Of a stretch of DNA of 64,000 nt, positions 1-10,093 are shown piece by piece (positions within the stretch are counted from its first letter, which is position 1; each line of letters starts with the position of its first letter). The notes below the pieces were generated by a model. The model did not search any database. It was given only the letters and a program-made list of their open reading frames with translations, and was not told the DNA's origin. The stretch spans positions 239,248-303,247 of the forward strand of contig JADFDQ010000002.1 of the NCBI GenBank assembly GCA_018262705.1, given 5' to 3'. The stretch comes from Xanthomonas sp. GTDB taxonomy: Bacteria > Pseudomonadota > Gammaproteobacteria > Xanthomonadales > Xanthomonadaceae. Made by a program: the position numbers and the translations under genes.

Positions 1-510
1 ACCGCCCGCTACGTCGAGGCCGTGCGCGGCACCGGCGCCTTGATTCTCGACACCCGCAAGACCCTGCCAGGGCTTCGCGTGGCGCAGAAGTACGCGGTGC
101 GCTGCGGCGGCGGCGGCAACCACCGGATGGGGCTGTTCGACGCGGTGATGCTCAAGGAAAACCACATTCAGGCATTCGGTTCGATGGCATCCGCGATCGC
201 GCGCGCGCGCGAACTGCATCCGGAACTGCCGCTGATCGTCGAGGTGGAAACCCTGGACGAATTGCGCGCCGCGTTGGCCAGCGGCTGCACCCGGATCCTG
301 ATCGACGATTTCGAGGCCGACATGCGCCGTGAAGCGGTGCGCATCGCCAAATCCGCGCCATACGACGGCCGCATTCCGCTGGAAGTCTCCGGCGGGGTCG
401 ATCTGGCCGGCGTGCGCGCAATCGCCGATGACGGGGTGGACTGCATTTCGATCGGCGCGCTGACCAAGCACGTCCACGCCATCGATTGTTCGCTGAAGCT
501 CGGCGCATGA
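1..510 (+). CDS. nadC: Nicotinate-nucleotide pyrophosphorylase (carboxylating), 5'-truncated by window edge
   Basis: Motifs DTRKTLPGLR, HRMGLFDAVMLKENH, EVETLDE, EVSGG; frame is open from base 1. Confidence 0.95.
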   Translation, partial: TARYVEAVRGTGALILDTRKTLPGLRVAQKYAVRCGGGGNHRMGLFDAVMLKENHIQAFGSMASAIARARELHPELPLIVEVETLDELRAALASGCTRILIDDFEADMRREAVRIAKSAPYDGRIPLEVSGGVDLAGVRAIADDGVDCISIGALTKHVHAIDCSLKLGA

Positions 511-605
511 ACGCTGCCGAGTGAGGCCCGCTGCCGCCGCTGCAGCGACGCAAGCGCATGGCCCACCTGCTTGCAAGCTCAGACGATCGCCACCACAGTA
601 GATCC

Positions 606-965
606 ATGCCCAGTCTGCTCATCCTGATGATCATCGGCGCGGCGGCGTTTTTCTACTTCACCGCCGCCCGCGCCGCCGCCGAACGCGCCATCGAGATTGG
701 TCGCGACGCCTGCGCGGCCGCCGGCGTGCAGTGGCTCGACCAGTCGGTGCACGCTTCGGGATTGCGGCTGCGGCGCAAGTCCAGCGGCTGGCTGGGACTG
801 GAGCGCCGGTTTCGCTTCGAATACTCGGAGGAAGGCCACGACCGCCACATCGGGCAACTGGTGCTGATCGACGGCCGACTGGTGGGATTCATCGGCCCGA
901 CCCGCGCCGCGCAGGCGATGGTGCGGCCGTTCCCGCCACAGGAAACGCAGCGCGACTCGCCCTGA
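606..965 (+). CDS. DUF3301-like small membrane protein
   Basis: N-terminal TM helix, C...VQWLDQSV and FRFEYS...G pattern; ATG at 606 preferred to 558. Confidence 0.7.
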   Translation: MPSLLILMIIGAAAFFYFTAARAAAERAIEIGRDACAAAGVQWLDQSVHASGLRLRRKSSGWLGLERRFRFEYSEEGHDRHIGQLVLIDGRLVGFIGPTRAAQAMVRPFPPQETQRDSP

Positions 966-1046
966 GTTCGAACGCTTCGCGTTCTCCGCTATGATGCGCA
1001 CGCCGGACGGCGACGCCATGGAACGCGCGGCAAAAGGACGCTGCGC

Positions 1047-2522
1047 GTGGGACTGATTTCCGTCGAGTTCGGCCTGTTTTTCGTGGCCTTGTTCGCCCTG
1101 TACTGGGCGTTCTGGCGCCAGCCGCGGGCGCAAACCATCCTGCTCACGCTGGCCAGCCTCGGGCTGCTCTGGCACTACGCGACGCCGATCGCCTGCGTCG
1201 CCTTCACCGGTTTCACCGTCTTCGTCTGGCTGGTGTCGCACGCCATGGATGCGCTGCCGCGGGTGTCGCGCAAGGCGTGGCTGTGGATCGGCATCGGCGG
1301 CGGCGTGGCGCATCTGGCGTTCTGGAAATACGCCGAATTTTTCCGGGTGCCGCTGCGCGAGGCGCTGACGGCGCATGGCTTCGGGACCGGCGCGCTGGAA
1401 TCGACCTGGCTGCTGCCGCTGGGCGTGTCCTATTACACCTTCCAGGCCATCAGCTATCTGACCGCGCGCTACCGGCGCGAAATCACGATTGCCCAGCGCT
1501 TCAACCTGTTCGATCTGCTCGGCCATTTCGGGCTGTTCCTGACCGTCACCTCCGGCCCGATCCTGCGCGCCCGCAACGCCAAGCATCTGACTGACTTCGA
1601 GGGCAAGGAATGCAACGCGCTCGACCAGATCCGGCCGCCGGCGCCGCGCTCGGTGCTGGCGCCGACGCTGGCGCTGACGCTGGTGCTGCTGGCGCTGGCG
1701 AAGAAATGGTGGCTGGCCGGCTGGCTGTCTGAAACCATCGTCGATCCGGTGTTCGCCAATCCGGCGCAATACCAGTCGCTGGACGTGCTGGCAGCGATCT
1801 ACGGCTACACGCTGCAGCTGTTTTTCGATTTCTCCGGCTACAGCGATCTCGTGGTCGGGCTGGGGATGCTGCTGGGGTTGCGGATCCCGGTCAATTTCCG
1901 CGCGCCGCTGCTGGCGCACAACATCCGCGAGTTCTGGGACCGCTGGCACATCAGCCTGTCGGTGTGGATCCGCGATTACCTTTACATCCCGCTGGGCGGC
2001 AGTCGACACGGTTTCAGCCGCACCCAGATCAACCTGTTCATCGCGCTGGTGCTGTCCGGACTCTGGCACGGCCAGGGCTGGAACTTTGCGCTGTGGGGCT
2101 TCCTGCACGCCTCGACGCTGGTGCTGCTCAACATCGGCGACAAGCTGCTCGGCGGCCACGAAAAACTCGCCGCAACGGGGCGGCTTGGCAAAGCGCTGGG
2201 CGTGTTTGCGACCGTCAATTTCGTCTGTTTCGCGTTCGTGTTTTTCCGCGCACCGCATCTGGAAGACGCCCTTGCATTGCTGCGCGCGTTGGCGATGAAC
2301 CTGTTCGACACGCCGATCGCCACCGATGCGCCGCTGCTGCTGCTGGCGATGCTTGCGGCGCTGCTGGCCTATCCGTGGCTGGCGCGGCTGCCCGCACGCT
2401 ACGCAAGCGCAGTGGACAGGCTGCCGGCCTGGGCACGCCCGGCGCCATTGCTGGCGACCCTGGCCGTGATCGCGGTGCTGGCGCCTTCCGGCGTGCCGGG
2501 ATTCATCTATGCCAACTTCTGA
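1047..2522 (+). CDS. MBOAT family O-acyltransferase (PatA/AlgI-like)
   Basis: Multi-TM protein with PLGVSYYTFQAISY, FDFSGYSD, FWDRWHISLS, YIPLGG, SGLWHG, C-terminal FIYANF. Confidence 0.9.
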   Translation: MGLISVEFGLFFVALFALYWAFWRQPRAQTILLTLASLGLLWHYATPIACVAFTGFTVFVWLVSHAMDALPRVSRKAWLWIGIGGGVAHLAFWKYAEFFRVPLREALTAHGFGTGALESTWLLPLGVSYYTFQAISYLTARYRREITIAQRFNLFDLLGHFGLFLTVTSGPILRARNAKHLTDFEGKECNALDQIRPPAPRSVLAPTLALTLVLLALAKKWWLAGWLSETIVDPVFANPAQYQSLDVLAAIYGYTLQLFFDFSGYSDLVVGLGMLLGLRIPVNFRAPLLAHNIREFWDRWHISLSVWIRDYLYIPLGGSRHGFSRTQINLFIALVLSGLWHGQGWNFALWGFLHASTLVLLNIGDKLLGGHEKLAATGRLGKALGVFATVNFVCFAFVFFRAPHLEDALALLRALAMNLFDTPIATDAPLLLLAMLAALLAYPWLARLPARYASAVDRLPAWARPAPLLATLAVIAVLAPSGVPGFIYANF

Positions 2523-3591
2523 CGCACCCGTGCCGGCAACTCCGCCCGTCCCGCGCCGAAGCGGCGCGCCGGCGACCGGCCTGATCCTCGCCGCGCTGAT
2601 GCTGGGCCTGCTGTGGCTGATGCAGGGCTCGCTCGCCAGCTATGTGCAGCAGCAGTTCCACCGGCCCAGCCCGTTGCAGGCGCTGGATGCGCTGCCCGGC
2701 TGGACGCGTGGACGTGCGCTGTGGACAACGCTCGACGCTGCCCACGCGGCGACGGTTCGCGGCATCGCTGCGGCGTCCGCTGCGCTGCGCTCGGGCCTGA
2801 ACGAGCACGTCGTCCTCACCCCCGCCTATTGGAACAAACAGCGGCAGGAACGCGCCCGCATCGCCCGCGAAAAAACCGAAGCCGAACGCCAGTACCGACA
2901 GGCGCTGGCGCGCGACGCGGCGCTGGCCGAGCAGATCCGGATCCGCAACTACCTGACCATTGCCGCGCCGGCCAAGGTGCTGTTCGCCGGCGATTCGCTG
3001 ATGCAGGGCGTGGCGCCGCAGATGCAGCGCATGCTGCAGGCAAGCAGCGGCATCGACAGCCTGAACCTGAGCCGGCAGAGCACCGGCCTTGCCTATCCGT
3101 CGGCCTTCGACTGGCCGCAGACCATCGAGGACACGCTCGCCGGCGATGACGCGATCCGGCTGCTGGTGGTCATGCTCGGCCCGAACGACCCCTGGGATAT
3201 GCCCGATCCCGAGCATCCCGGCCGCACCTATCTGAAATTCGAAAGCGCGCCCTGGGAAGCGGTTTATCGCGCCCGCGTCGCCCGCATTCTCGATGCCGCC
3301 AAGGCGCACGGCGTCGGCGTGCTGTGGATCGGCGCGCCGGGCATGAAGCGCGAACAGCTCGATGTCCAGATGGCCTGGCTGATGCCGGTCATCCGGGACG
3401 AAGTGACCCGCCGCGGCGCGGTGTTCCTCGACACCCGGCCGCTGCTGTCGCAGCCCGGCCAGCCCTTCAGCGATGCCATCACCCTCGACGGCAAGCTGGT
3501 CAAGATGCGCAGCGGCGACGGCATCCATTTTTCCCCGTCCGGACAAATTTACGTCGCCCGCCACGCCATCGACCTGCTCACGATAAAATGA
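2509..3591 (+). CDS. SGNH/DUF459 family protein (PatB-like O-acetyltransferase)
   Basis: N-terminal TM anchor, GDSLMQG, STGL, GPNDPWD, DGIHF; overlaps end of MBOAT gene. Confidence 0.8.
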   Translation: MPTSDAPVPATPPVPRRSGAPATGLILAALMLGLLWLMQGSLASYVQQQFHRPSPLQALDALPGWTRGRALWTTLDAAHAATVRGIAAASAALRSGLNEHVVLTPAYWNKQRQERARIAREKTEAERQYRQALARDAALAEQIRIRNYLTIAAPAKVLFAGDSLMQGVAPQMQRMLQASSGIDSLNLSRQSTGLAYPSAFDWPQTIEDTLAGDDAIRLLVVMLGPNDPWDMPDPEHPGRTYLKFESAPWEAVYRARVARILDAAKAHGVGVLWIGAPGMKREQLDVQMAWLMPVIRDEVTRRGAVFLDTRPLLSQPGQPFSDAITLDGKLVKMRSGDGIHFSPSGQIYVARHAIDLLTIK

Positions 3592-3619
3592 GCGCCATGA
3601 CCGCACGCCACACCCCCCG

Positions 3620-5011
3620 GTGACGCGCTTGACGCGCTGCCTTGCAGCCCTGCTGCCGTGCGCGCTGCTGCTTGCTGGTGCCGCCGACGCCGGCCCCGGC
3701 GTGGTCTGCAAGCGCGTCAACGAACAGGGCGTTACCGAATACAAGAACATGGACCGCTGCGGCAAAGGCTGGACGCTGGCCGCGCAATTCCAGCCCGACC
3801 CGACGCCGGTGCCCCCCGCTGCCCGGCAAGACGGCGCAGCGCAGGTCGCGCCGCCGGTTGCCGCGGCCGTCGCCACGCCGGACGCACCGCCGCCGCTGCC
3901 GGATGCCGGCGCAAGCGGCGCCGACACTGCCAGCCCGAGCCTGCACGATTTCGGCGATCCCAATGCCGCCAGCGTGCTGGCGCGACTGCGTTCGGGGCCG
4001 GGGGCGACCTTCCGCTATCTCCAGATCGGCGACTCCCATACTGCCGGCGAGTTCCTGACCGAACGCCTGCGCGTCCGCCTGCAGCAGCAGATCGGCGACG
4101 GCGGCCTGGGCTGGGTGACGCCGATGTCGATTCCCGGCCAGCGGATGGCGCGGATCAGCTTCACCCAGAGCGGCTGGCAGCTGATCAGCAGCCGGACGTC
4201 CGGCCCCGGTTTCGATTATCCGTTCGGCGGTTTCATCGCCCAGCCGGTCTCCGCGTTCGCCACGCTTACGCTGACGCCGCGCTACCGGACGCCGCGCCAG
4301 GCCATCACCCTGCTGATCCGCCAGGGCCTGATGGATGCGCCGTTGACCGTCACCGACGTCGGCGGCGTGCAGCTGGCGATCAAGAGTCCGGCCCCCGACA
4401 ACCAGTGGCATGCGGTCACCTTCGATGCCGAACTGCCGCTCACGATCAGCGCCTCGCTCAGCCCGCAGACCGCCATCGGCGGCTGGTGGATGCGCAACGC
4501 CGGGCGCGGCGGCGGCGCGATCGTGTCCGCCGCCGGCATCAACGGCGCCGAAATCGAACAATGGAACCGCTGGCGCAGCGGCTGGATGGATGATCTGGCC
4601 CCGGCCCATCCGGATCTTGTCGCGCTGGCGTACGGCACCAACGAAGCGTTTCAGACCACGCTGGATCCGGCGTCGCTGCGCGCCACCCTGATCGACGCCG
4701 TGACCCGGCTGCGGCAGCGCTTCCCAGGCAGCGCCATCCTGATCATCGGCGCGCCGGAGTCGCTGAAAAGCACGGCCGGCCAGTGCGGCGTTCGCCCGGC
4801 CATGCTGGACGCCGTGCAGGCGGTCCAGCGCGAGGTCGCGCAGCAGCAGCACGCCTTGTACTGGGACTGGCAGCAGGCGATGGGCGGTCGCTGCAGCATG
4901 GTGCCCTGGGTCGCACGCGGGCTGGCGCGACGCGACGGCGTGCACTTCAGCCGCGCAGGCTACGAGGCGCTGGCCGACGACCTAGCTTCCGGATTGCTGC
5001 ACCTGAACTGA
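3620..5011 (+). CDS. SGNH/GDSL esterase (Ape1-like O-acetylpeptidoglycan esterase)
   Basis: Signal peptide, GDSHTAG, GINGA, YGTNE, DGVHF; third gene of a patA-patB-ape arrangement. Confidence 0.75.
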   Translation: MTRLTRCLAALLPCALLLAGAADAGPGVVCKRVNEQGVTEYKNMDRCGKGWTLAAQFQPDPTPVPPAARQDGAAQVAPPVAAAVATPDAPPPLPDAGASGADTASPSLHDFGDPNAASVLARLRSGPGATFRYLQIGDSHTAGEFLTERLRVRLQQQIGDGGLGWVTPMSIPGQRMARISFTQSGWQLISSRTSGPGFDYPFGGFIAQPVSAFATLTLTPRYRTPRQAITLLIRQGLMDAPLTVTDVGGVQLAIKSPAPDNQWHAVTFDAELPLTISASLSPQTAIGGWWMRNAGRGGGAIVSAAGINGAEIEQWNRWRSGWMDDLAPAHPDLVALAYGTNEAFQTTLDPASLRATLIDAVTRLRQRFPGSAILIIGAPESLKSTAGQCGVRPAMLDAVQAVQREVAQQQHALYWDWQQAMGGRCSMVPWVARGLARRDGVHFSRAGYEALADDLASGLLHLN

Positions 5012-5021
5012 ACCCGCCGGG

Positions 5022-5486
5022 TCACTTCACGATGCGCAGGTGGCCGCTGCGCTTGGGCTGTGGCGCATCGTCGGGGGCGGGAGGTTCCGCCGAAGGTTTT
5101 GCGGATGGCGCGTCGGAAACAGGCGCGTCCGCAGCCGCGCCGCTGACGACCGGCTCGTCCGGCAGCGCCATCCCCTGCCCGCTTTCGCGTGCGTAGATCG
5201 CGATCACCGATTCGACCGGAATCACGACGCTTTGCGGAACGCCGCCGAAGCGTGCGGAAAACCTGAGCGCGTCGTTGTCCATCGCCAAGCGCGACACCGC
5301 GCGTTCGGCGATGTTGAGCACCACCTGCCCGTCTTTCACCGCCTGCGCCGGCACCCGCACGCCCGGCGCCTTGGCATTGACCAGCAGGTGCGGGGTCATG
5401 CCGTTGTCGGCGATCCATTCGTACAGCGCGCGCAGCAGATACGGGCGCTGGCTGGTCATCGGAGGCGGCGGTTCGGGGGCGGCCAT
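5022..5486 (-). CDS. sspB: ClpXP specificity factor SspB
   Basis: MTSQRPYLLRALYEWIADN, VVLNI, FSARFGG; follows sspA. Confidence 0.95.
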   Translation of the reverse strand: MAAPEPPPPMTSQRPYLLRALYEWIADNGMTPHLLVNAKAPGVRVPAQAVKDGQVVLNIAERAVSRLAMDNDALRFSARFGGVPQSVVIPVESVIAIYARESGQGMALPDEPVVSGAAADAPVSDAPSAKPSAEPPAPDDAPQPKRSGHLRIVK

Positions 5487-5496
5487 TGCGACTGGC

Positions 5497-6135
5497 TCAG
5501 AACGCCAGATCGCGCAATTTCTTCTCGCGATCGGTCAGGCTGCGCAGGAAACCCGGATTGCGGAACACCCGGTTGCCGTAATCCTCGATCACCTTGCCGT
5601 CCTTGGGCATGCCCACACCCAGCGCATCAAGGCGCCAGATGATCGGCGCCATCGCGCAGTCGGCGAGGCTCATTTCCGGATTGAGGAAGAATTTGTAGGC
5701 TTTGAACAGCGGCACCGATTGCGCCAGCAGTTCCTTGAGGCGCTTGCGCCCGGCTTCGACCTGCTGCTTGTTGCCGAGCTGGATCGCCTGCACCTGCGGC
5801 ACCCAGTCGTGTTCGATGCGCAACATCGCCAACCGCAGGCGCGCGCGCGCCAGCGGCTCCACCGGCATCAGCGGCGGGTGCGGATAGCGCTCGTCGAGAT
5901 ATTCGCTGACCACGCTGGCGGCGTACAGCACCAAATCGCGCTCGACCAGTGTCGGCACCGAGTGGTAGGGGTTGAGGTCGAGCAGATCCTCGGGCGGATC
6001 TTGCGGATCGACGGCGACGAAATCGTAGGTCACGCCCTTGGCAGCCAGCACGAGACGCACGCGGTGGCAGACGACGTCGTCAACGGCGGAAAACAGGGTC
6101 AGGGCATTACGCATGCGAGGACTCACGGCCATCAT
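5497..6135 (-). CDS. sspA: Stringent starvation protein A (GST fold)
   Basis: HRVRLVLAAKG, LNPYHSVPTLVERDL, EYLDERYPHPPLMP; start placed at ATG 6135. Confidence 0.93.
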   Translation of the reverse strand: MMAVSPRMRNALTLFSAVDDVVCHRVRLVLAAKGVTYDFVAVDPQDPPEDLLDLNPYHSVPTLVERDLVLYAASVVSEYLDERYPHPPLMPVEPLARARLRLAMLRIEHDWVPQVQAIQLGNKQQVEAGRKRLKELLAQSVPLFKAYKFFLNPEMSLADCAMAPIIWRLDALGVGMPKDGKVIEDYGNRVFRNPGFLRSLTDREKKLRDLAF

Positions 6136-6249
6136 TGGGGATCCACTCTCGCGCACGGCAAGACCGCACGCTTCGGCGTCGCCCGCACGCTGCGGGCGAC
6201 CGACCTGTTTCCGTTCCCCGAGGCGGCCGCGCTGGAAGCGCGTACCGCG

Positions 6250-6993
6250 TCAGTGAACGTCTCGCCAATACTCCTTCTTCAGCAGCAGGGCGAGGAAAGC
6301 AAAGAAGGCGAGGAACAGCACCGTCCAAACGCCGATGTTGTGGCGCTTGAGCGCCGCCGGCTCGCCGGCGTATTCGAGGAAGGCGGCGATGTCGCGCGCG
6401 GTCTGGTCGAACTGCTGCGGCGTCTGGGTGCCCGGCTGGCTGACCGTGAAGCCTTCCACCGGCGCGTCGCCGGTGGCGTCCTTCGGCCCGTACTTGGGCA
6501 TCTGCAGCCCCTGCATCTGCCACAGCGGATTGGGCATCGACACGTTCGGGAACAAGGTGTTGTTCCAGCCGGTCGGGCGGCTTTCGTCCAGATAGAAGGA
6601 CTTCAGGTAGGTGTAGATCCAGTCCGGACCGCGCACGCGGGCGATCAGGCTCAGATCCGGCGGCGCCTTGCCGAACGCGGCCTTGCCGGTTTCGGGCGAC
6701 ATCGCCGATATGACGTGATCGCCGAACTTGCCGCCGGTGAAGTTCAGGTTCTGCATCACCTGGGCTTCCGACAGCCCGAGGTCTTCGGAAATCCGCGCGT
6801 AGCGAACGTATTTGAGCGAATGGCAGCCACTGCAGTTGTTCATGTACAGCGCCGCGCCGCGCTGCAGAGAGGCGCGGTCGTCGAGATCGGTACCCGACTG
6901 TTGGAGGTTGCCGCCCTCGACGGCGAAGGCGGTGGCGCTCAGCAGCACGCTGGCGGCGAACACCGCCGCGCGGGACAGGAAGTTCTTAGTCAT
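6250..6993 (-). CDS. petC: Cytochrome c1
   Basis: CSGCH heme motif, PPDLSL, NVSMP, C-terminal TM helix. Confidence 0.95.
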   Translation of the reverse strand: MTKNFLSRAAVFAASVLLSATAFAVEGGNLQQSGTDLDDRASLQRGAALYMNNCSGCHSLKYVRYARISEDLGLSEAQVMQNLNFTGGKFGDHVISAMSPETGKAAFGKAPPDLSLIARVRGPDWIYTYLKSFYLDESRPTGWNNTLFPNVSMPNPLWQMQGLQMPKYGPKDATGDAPVEGFTVSQPGTQTPQQFDQTARDIAAFLEYAGEPAALKRHNIGVWTVLFLAFFAFLALLLKKEYWRDVH

Positions 6994-8269
6994 GCATCGT
7001 CACCCGTTCCGGCACCGGCTTGGTCTTGTCGATCTTCGTCCACACCGGCATGGTGATGAAGAAGGCGAAATACAGGAAGGTCAGCACCCGGCCGATGATG
7101 GCCTCGACCGGATCGGTGCCGGGGCCGGCGCCGATCTTGGCCAGCCACAGGAAGCTCACCGCGAACATCAGCAGCATCGCCCAGCTCAGCGGGCCGCGGT
7201 AGCGGAAGGACTTGACCGGCGACCTGTCCAGCCACGGCAGCAGGAACAGCATCACGATCGCGCCGAACATCACCAGCACGCCCCACAGCTTGATCCCGAA
7301 GAACGACGGGATGACGCGCAGCATCGCGTAATACGGGGTGAAGTACCAGACCGGCTTGATGTGCGCGGGCGTGACCAGCGGGTTGGCCTCGGTGAAGTTG
7401 TCGTGCTCCAGGAACCAGCCGCCGAAGGTCGGCGCGAAGAAGATGATGAACGCGGCGATGCCGAGCAGACAGGCGACGTAGAACAGGTCCTTGACCGTGT
7501 AGTACGGATGGAACGGAATGCCGTCGGCCGGCGCAGTCGGCGACCAGCGGTTGCCCTTCGGCCCCTTCTTGATTTCCACCCCGTCGGGGTTGTTCGAACC
7601 CACTTCGTGCAGGGCGAAGATGTGCAGCACGACCAGCAGCAGCAGCACCAGCGGCAGCGCGACCACGTGCAGGGCGAAGAACCGGTTCAGCGTCGCATCG
7701 CCGGGATTGAAGTCGCCCATGATCCATTCGGTCAACCCGGTGCCGACCACCGGGATCGCGCCGAACAGCGAAATGATCACCTTGGCGCCCCAATACGACA
7801 TCTGGCCCCAGGGCAGCACATAGCCCATGAAGGCTTCGGCCATCAGCACCAGGTAGATCACCATGCCCAGCAGCCAGACCAGCTCGCGCGGCTTCTTGTA
7901 GCTGCCGTACATCATCCCGCGGAACATGTGCAGGTAGATGGCGATGAAGAACAGCGACGCGCCGGTGGAGTGCATGTAGCGGATCAGCCAGCCCCAGTCG
8001 ACGTCGCGCATGATGTATTCGACCGAGTCGAAGGCTTCCGCCGCGCTCGGCTTGAAGTGCATCGTCAGGAAGATGCCGGTGACGATCTGGTTGACCAGCA
8101 CCACCAGCGAGAGCACGCCGAAGATGTACCAGATGTTGAAGTTCTTCGGCGCGTAGTACTCGCTCATGTGCTTGCGGTAGGCCGGCATCATGCCCGGCGC
8201 GCGCGCATTGACCCAGTCCATGACGCCGGTGGCGACGTTGCAGCAGACCTGCGTGATCTTGTTGGTCAT
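6986..8269 (-). CDS. petB: Cytochrome b
   Basis: YAPKNFN, RYMHSTGAS, WGQMSYWG, HIKPVWYF. Confidence 0.97.
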   Translation of the reverse strand: MTNKITQVCCNVATGVMDWVNARAPGMMPAYRKHMSEYYAPKNFNIWYIFGVLSLVVLVNQIVTGIFLTMHFKPSAAEAFDSVEYIMRDVDWGWLIRYMHSTGASLFFIAIYLHMFRGMMYGSYKKPRELVWLLGMVIYLVLMAEAFMGYVLPWGQMSYWGAKVIISLFGAIPVVGTGLTEWIMGDFNPGDATLNRFFALHVVALPLVLLLLVVLHIFALHEVGSNNPDGVEIKKGPKGNRWSPTAPADGIPFHPYYTVKDLFYVACLLGIAAFIIFFAPTFGGWFLEHDNFTEANPLVTPAHIKPVWYFTPYYAMLRVIPSFFGIKLWGVLVMFGAIVMLFLLPWLDRSPVKSFRYRGPLSWAMLLMFAVSFLWLAKIGAGPGTDPVEAIIGRVLTFLYFAFFITMPVWTKIDKTKPVPERVTMHD

Positions 8270-8272
8270 GGT

Positions 8273-8869
8273 TTACGCGGCCCCCTTGTGATCGACGCCG
8301 ATCTCGATCGTGTTGTCGTCCACGAAGTGGTAGGGCGGCACCGGCAGGTTCAGCGGCGCCGGCTGCGACTTCATCACGCGCCCGGAAATGTCGTAGCGCG
8401 ACTTGTGGCAGGGGCAGAAGTAGCCGCCCTTCCAGTTCGGGTCGAACGGTTCCGGCTTGATCTGCGGGTACAGATCCGGCGCACAGCCCAGGTGCGTGCA
8501 CACGCCGATCAACACCAGGATTTCCGGCTTGATCGAACGGTTCTCGTTCTTAGCATAGGGCGGTTGGTCGGAAGCATCGGACTTGGGATCGGCCACCAGC
8601 GCGTCCATCTGCGGCAGCACGTCCAGCATCGTCTTGGAGCGTTTGGCGATGAAGATCGGCTGCCCGCGCCAGCCGATGACCAGCTGTTGGCCCTCGGACA
8701 GCGCGCTGATGTCCTGCGTGACCGGCGCGCCGGCAAAACGCGCGCGCGCGCTCGGACTCCACGATTTGATGAACGGCACCGCAGCAAAGCCTACCCCGAC
8801 CGCTCCCACGACCGATGTGGTCGCGGTGAGGAATCGGCGTCGGCCGTTATCGACCTCTTCGTTGGACAT
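8273..8869 (-). CDS. petA: Rieske iron-sulfur subunit
   Basis: Tat motif RRRFL, CTHLGC and CPCH; start placed at ATG 8869. Confidence 0.97.
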   Translation of the reverse strand: MSNEEVDNGRRRFLTATTSVVGAVGVGFAAVPFIKSWSPSARARFAGAPVTQDISALSEGQQLVIGWRGQPIFIAKRSKTMLDVLPQMDALVADPKSDASDQPPYAKNENRSIKPEILVLIGVCTHLGCAPDLYPQIKPEPFDPNWKGGYFCPCHKSRYDISGRVMKSQPAPLNLPVPPYHFVDDNTIEIGVDHKGAA

Positions 8870-8954
8870 CCCGAACTCCGTTGAACCCAAAACGCGACCA
8901 CCGACGGATCGGCGGCACGCAAACGATCAAAGACGCACCAGTTTAACGGAACGT

Positions 8955-9956
8955 TCAGCGAGCCGACAATCCACCCGGCGCCGAAGCCGGTGCCAAAGCC
9001 GCCGCCGGGGCCAACGCGCCGCGGTAGCGCTGGGCCAACTGCGCCACGCGCTGGACGTAGCGCTGGGTCTCGCTGTAGGGCGGCACGCCGCCGTACTTGT
9101 CCACGGCCCCTTCGCCGGCGTTGTAGCCTGCTGCGGCCAGCGTCAGGTCGCCGTTGAAGCGCCGCAGCAGCCAGGCAAGGTATTGCACGCCACCGGCGAT
9201 GTTCTGGCCGGCATTGAAGGCATCGCTGACCCCGAACCGACGCGCCGTTCCCGGCATCAGCTGCATCAGGCCCTGGGCGCCGGCGCGCGAAAGCGCCATC
9301 GGGTTGTAGGCGGATTCGGCATGGATAATCGCGCGAACGACCGCCTCTTCAACCCCGTTGGCCGCGGCCGCAGCGCGGATTTCGGCGCTGTAGGCGTCTG
9401 TGTTCAGTCGAACCGAACTGAAATTGACCCCCGGCAGGACGCCGCAGGCGTAGCAGGTCTGGATGTAGCTGTAGGCAATCGTCCGCACCGCCGCAGCCGG
9501 AACCCCGCGCGGCCGCACGCTGGTGTAGTTGCGCACGCCGTCCGCGCCGACGAAGGAATAAACCTGGCCGCGCACCACGCGGGGCGCGCTGGAAGCGCGG
9601 GCGGGCGGGGCCGCAGCCGGCGCGGGAGCGGCACTGGCAGCGGGCATCGGCGCCGGAGCCGCGGTGGTGGCGGTTGCGCCAGCCACTGGAGGCACGCCGC
9701 CCCGAGCTGCCGCTGGCGCAGTCGCGTTCCTGGTCAGGTTCACCGGCACCGGCACCGGCACCGGCGAGCGCCGCGACTGCCGCGGCGCGGCCACCGGCTG
9801 GGTTCGATAGCTGATGGGCTTGCACTGCGCGCCGGGAACCCGTTTGCTAACGTAGCTGACGCTGCCGCCGGCATCTTCGCAGCGGTAAACGCGCCCGGCC
9901 CAGCCGGGCGCGGCCAGCGCGAGCAGAACCAGTGCAGTGGCAACCCTCCCCAGCAT
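8955..9956 (-). CDS. Lytic transglycosylase (SLT domain) with N-terminal DUF4124-like segment
   Basis: AIIHAES, GAQGLMQLMP, AAAGYNAGEGAV; start uncertain (9956 or 10010). Confidence 0.88.
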   Translation of the reverse strand: MLGRVATALVLLALAAPGWAGRVYRCEDAGGSVSYVSKRVPGAQCKPISYRTQPVAAPRQSRRSPVPVPVPVNLTRNATAPAAARGGVPPVAGATATTAAPAPMPAASAAPAPAAAPPARASSAPRVVRGQVYSFVGADGVRNYTSVRPRGVPAAAVRTIAYSYIQTCYACGVLPGVNFSSVRLNTDAYSAEIRAAAAANGVEEAVVRAIIHAESAYNPMALSRAGAQGLMQLMPGTARRFGVSDAFNAGQNIAGGVQYLAWLLRRFNGDLTLAAAGYNAGEGAVDKYGGVPPYSETQRYVQRVAQLAQRYRGALAPAAALAPASAPGGLSAR

Positions 9957-10093
9957 GGAAGCGAGTCTCGACCCTTTGCCCGACGTTGGCAAGTCCTTGA
10001 TTTTCCGCACCCGATCGCATCATCGCCGCCTGCAGCGGTTAAAATCGCCCACCCGCCACCGGCCCGGACTGTCCACCGCGCCCCGGAATCGAC

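Noticed and set aside
579-2258. 559-aa minus-strand ORF
   Set aside because: Antisense shadow of the MBOAT gene, typical of high-GC DNA; no recognisable motifs
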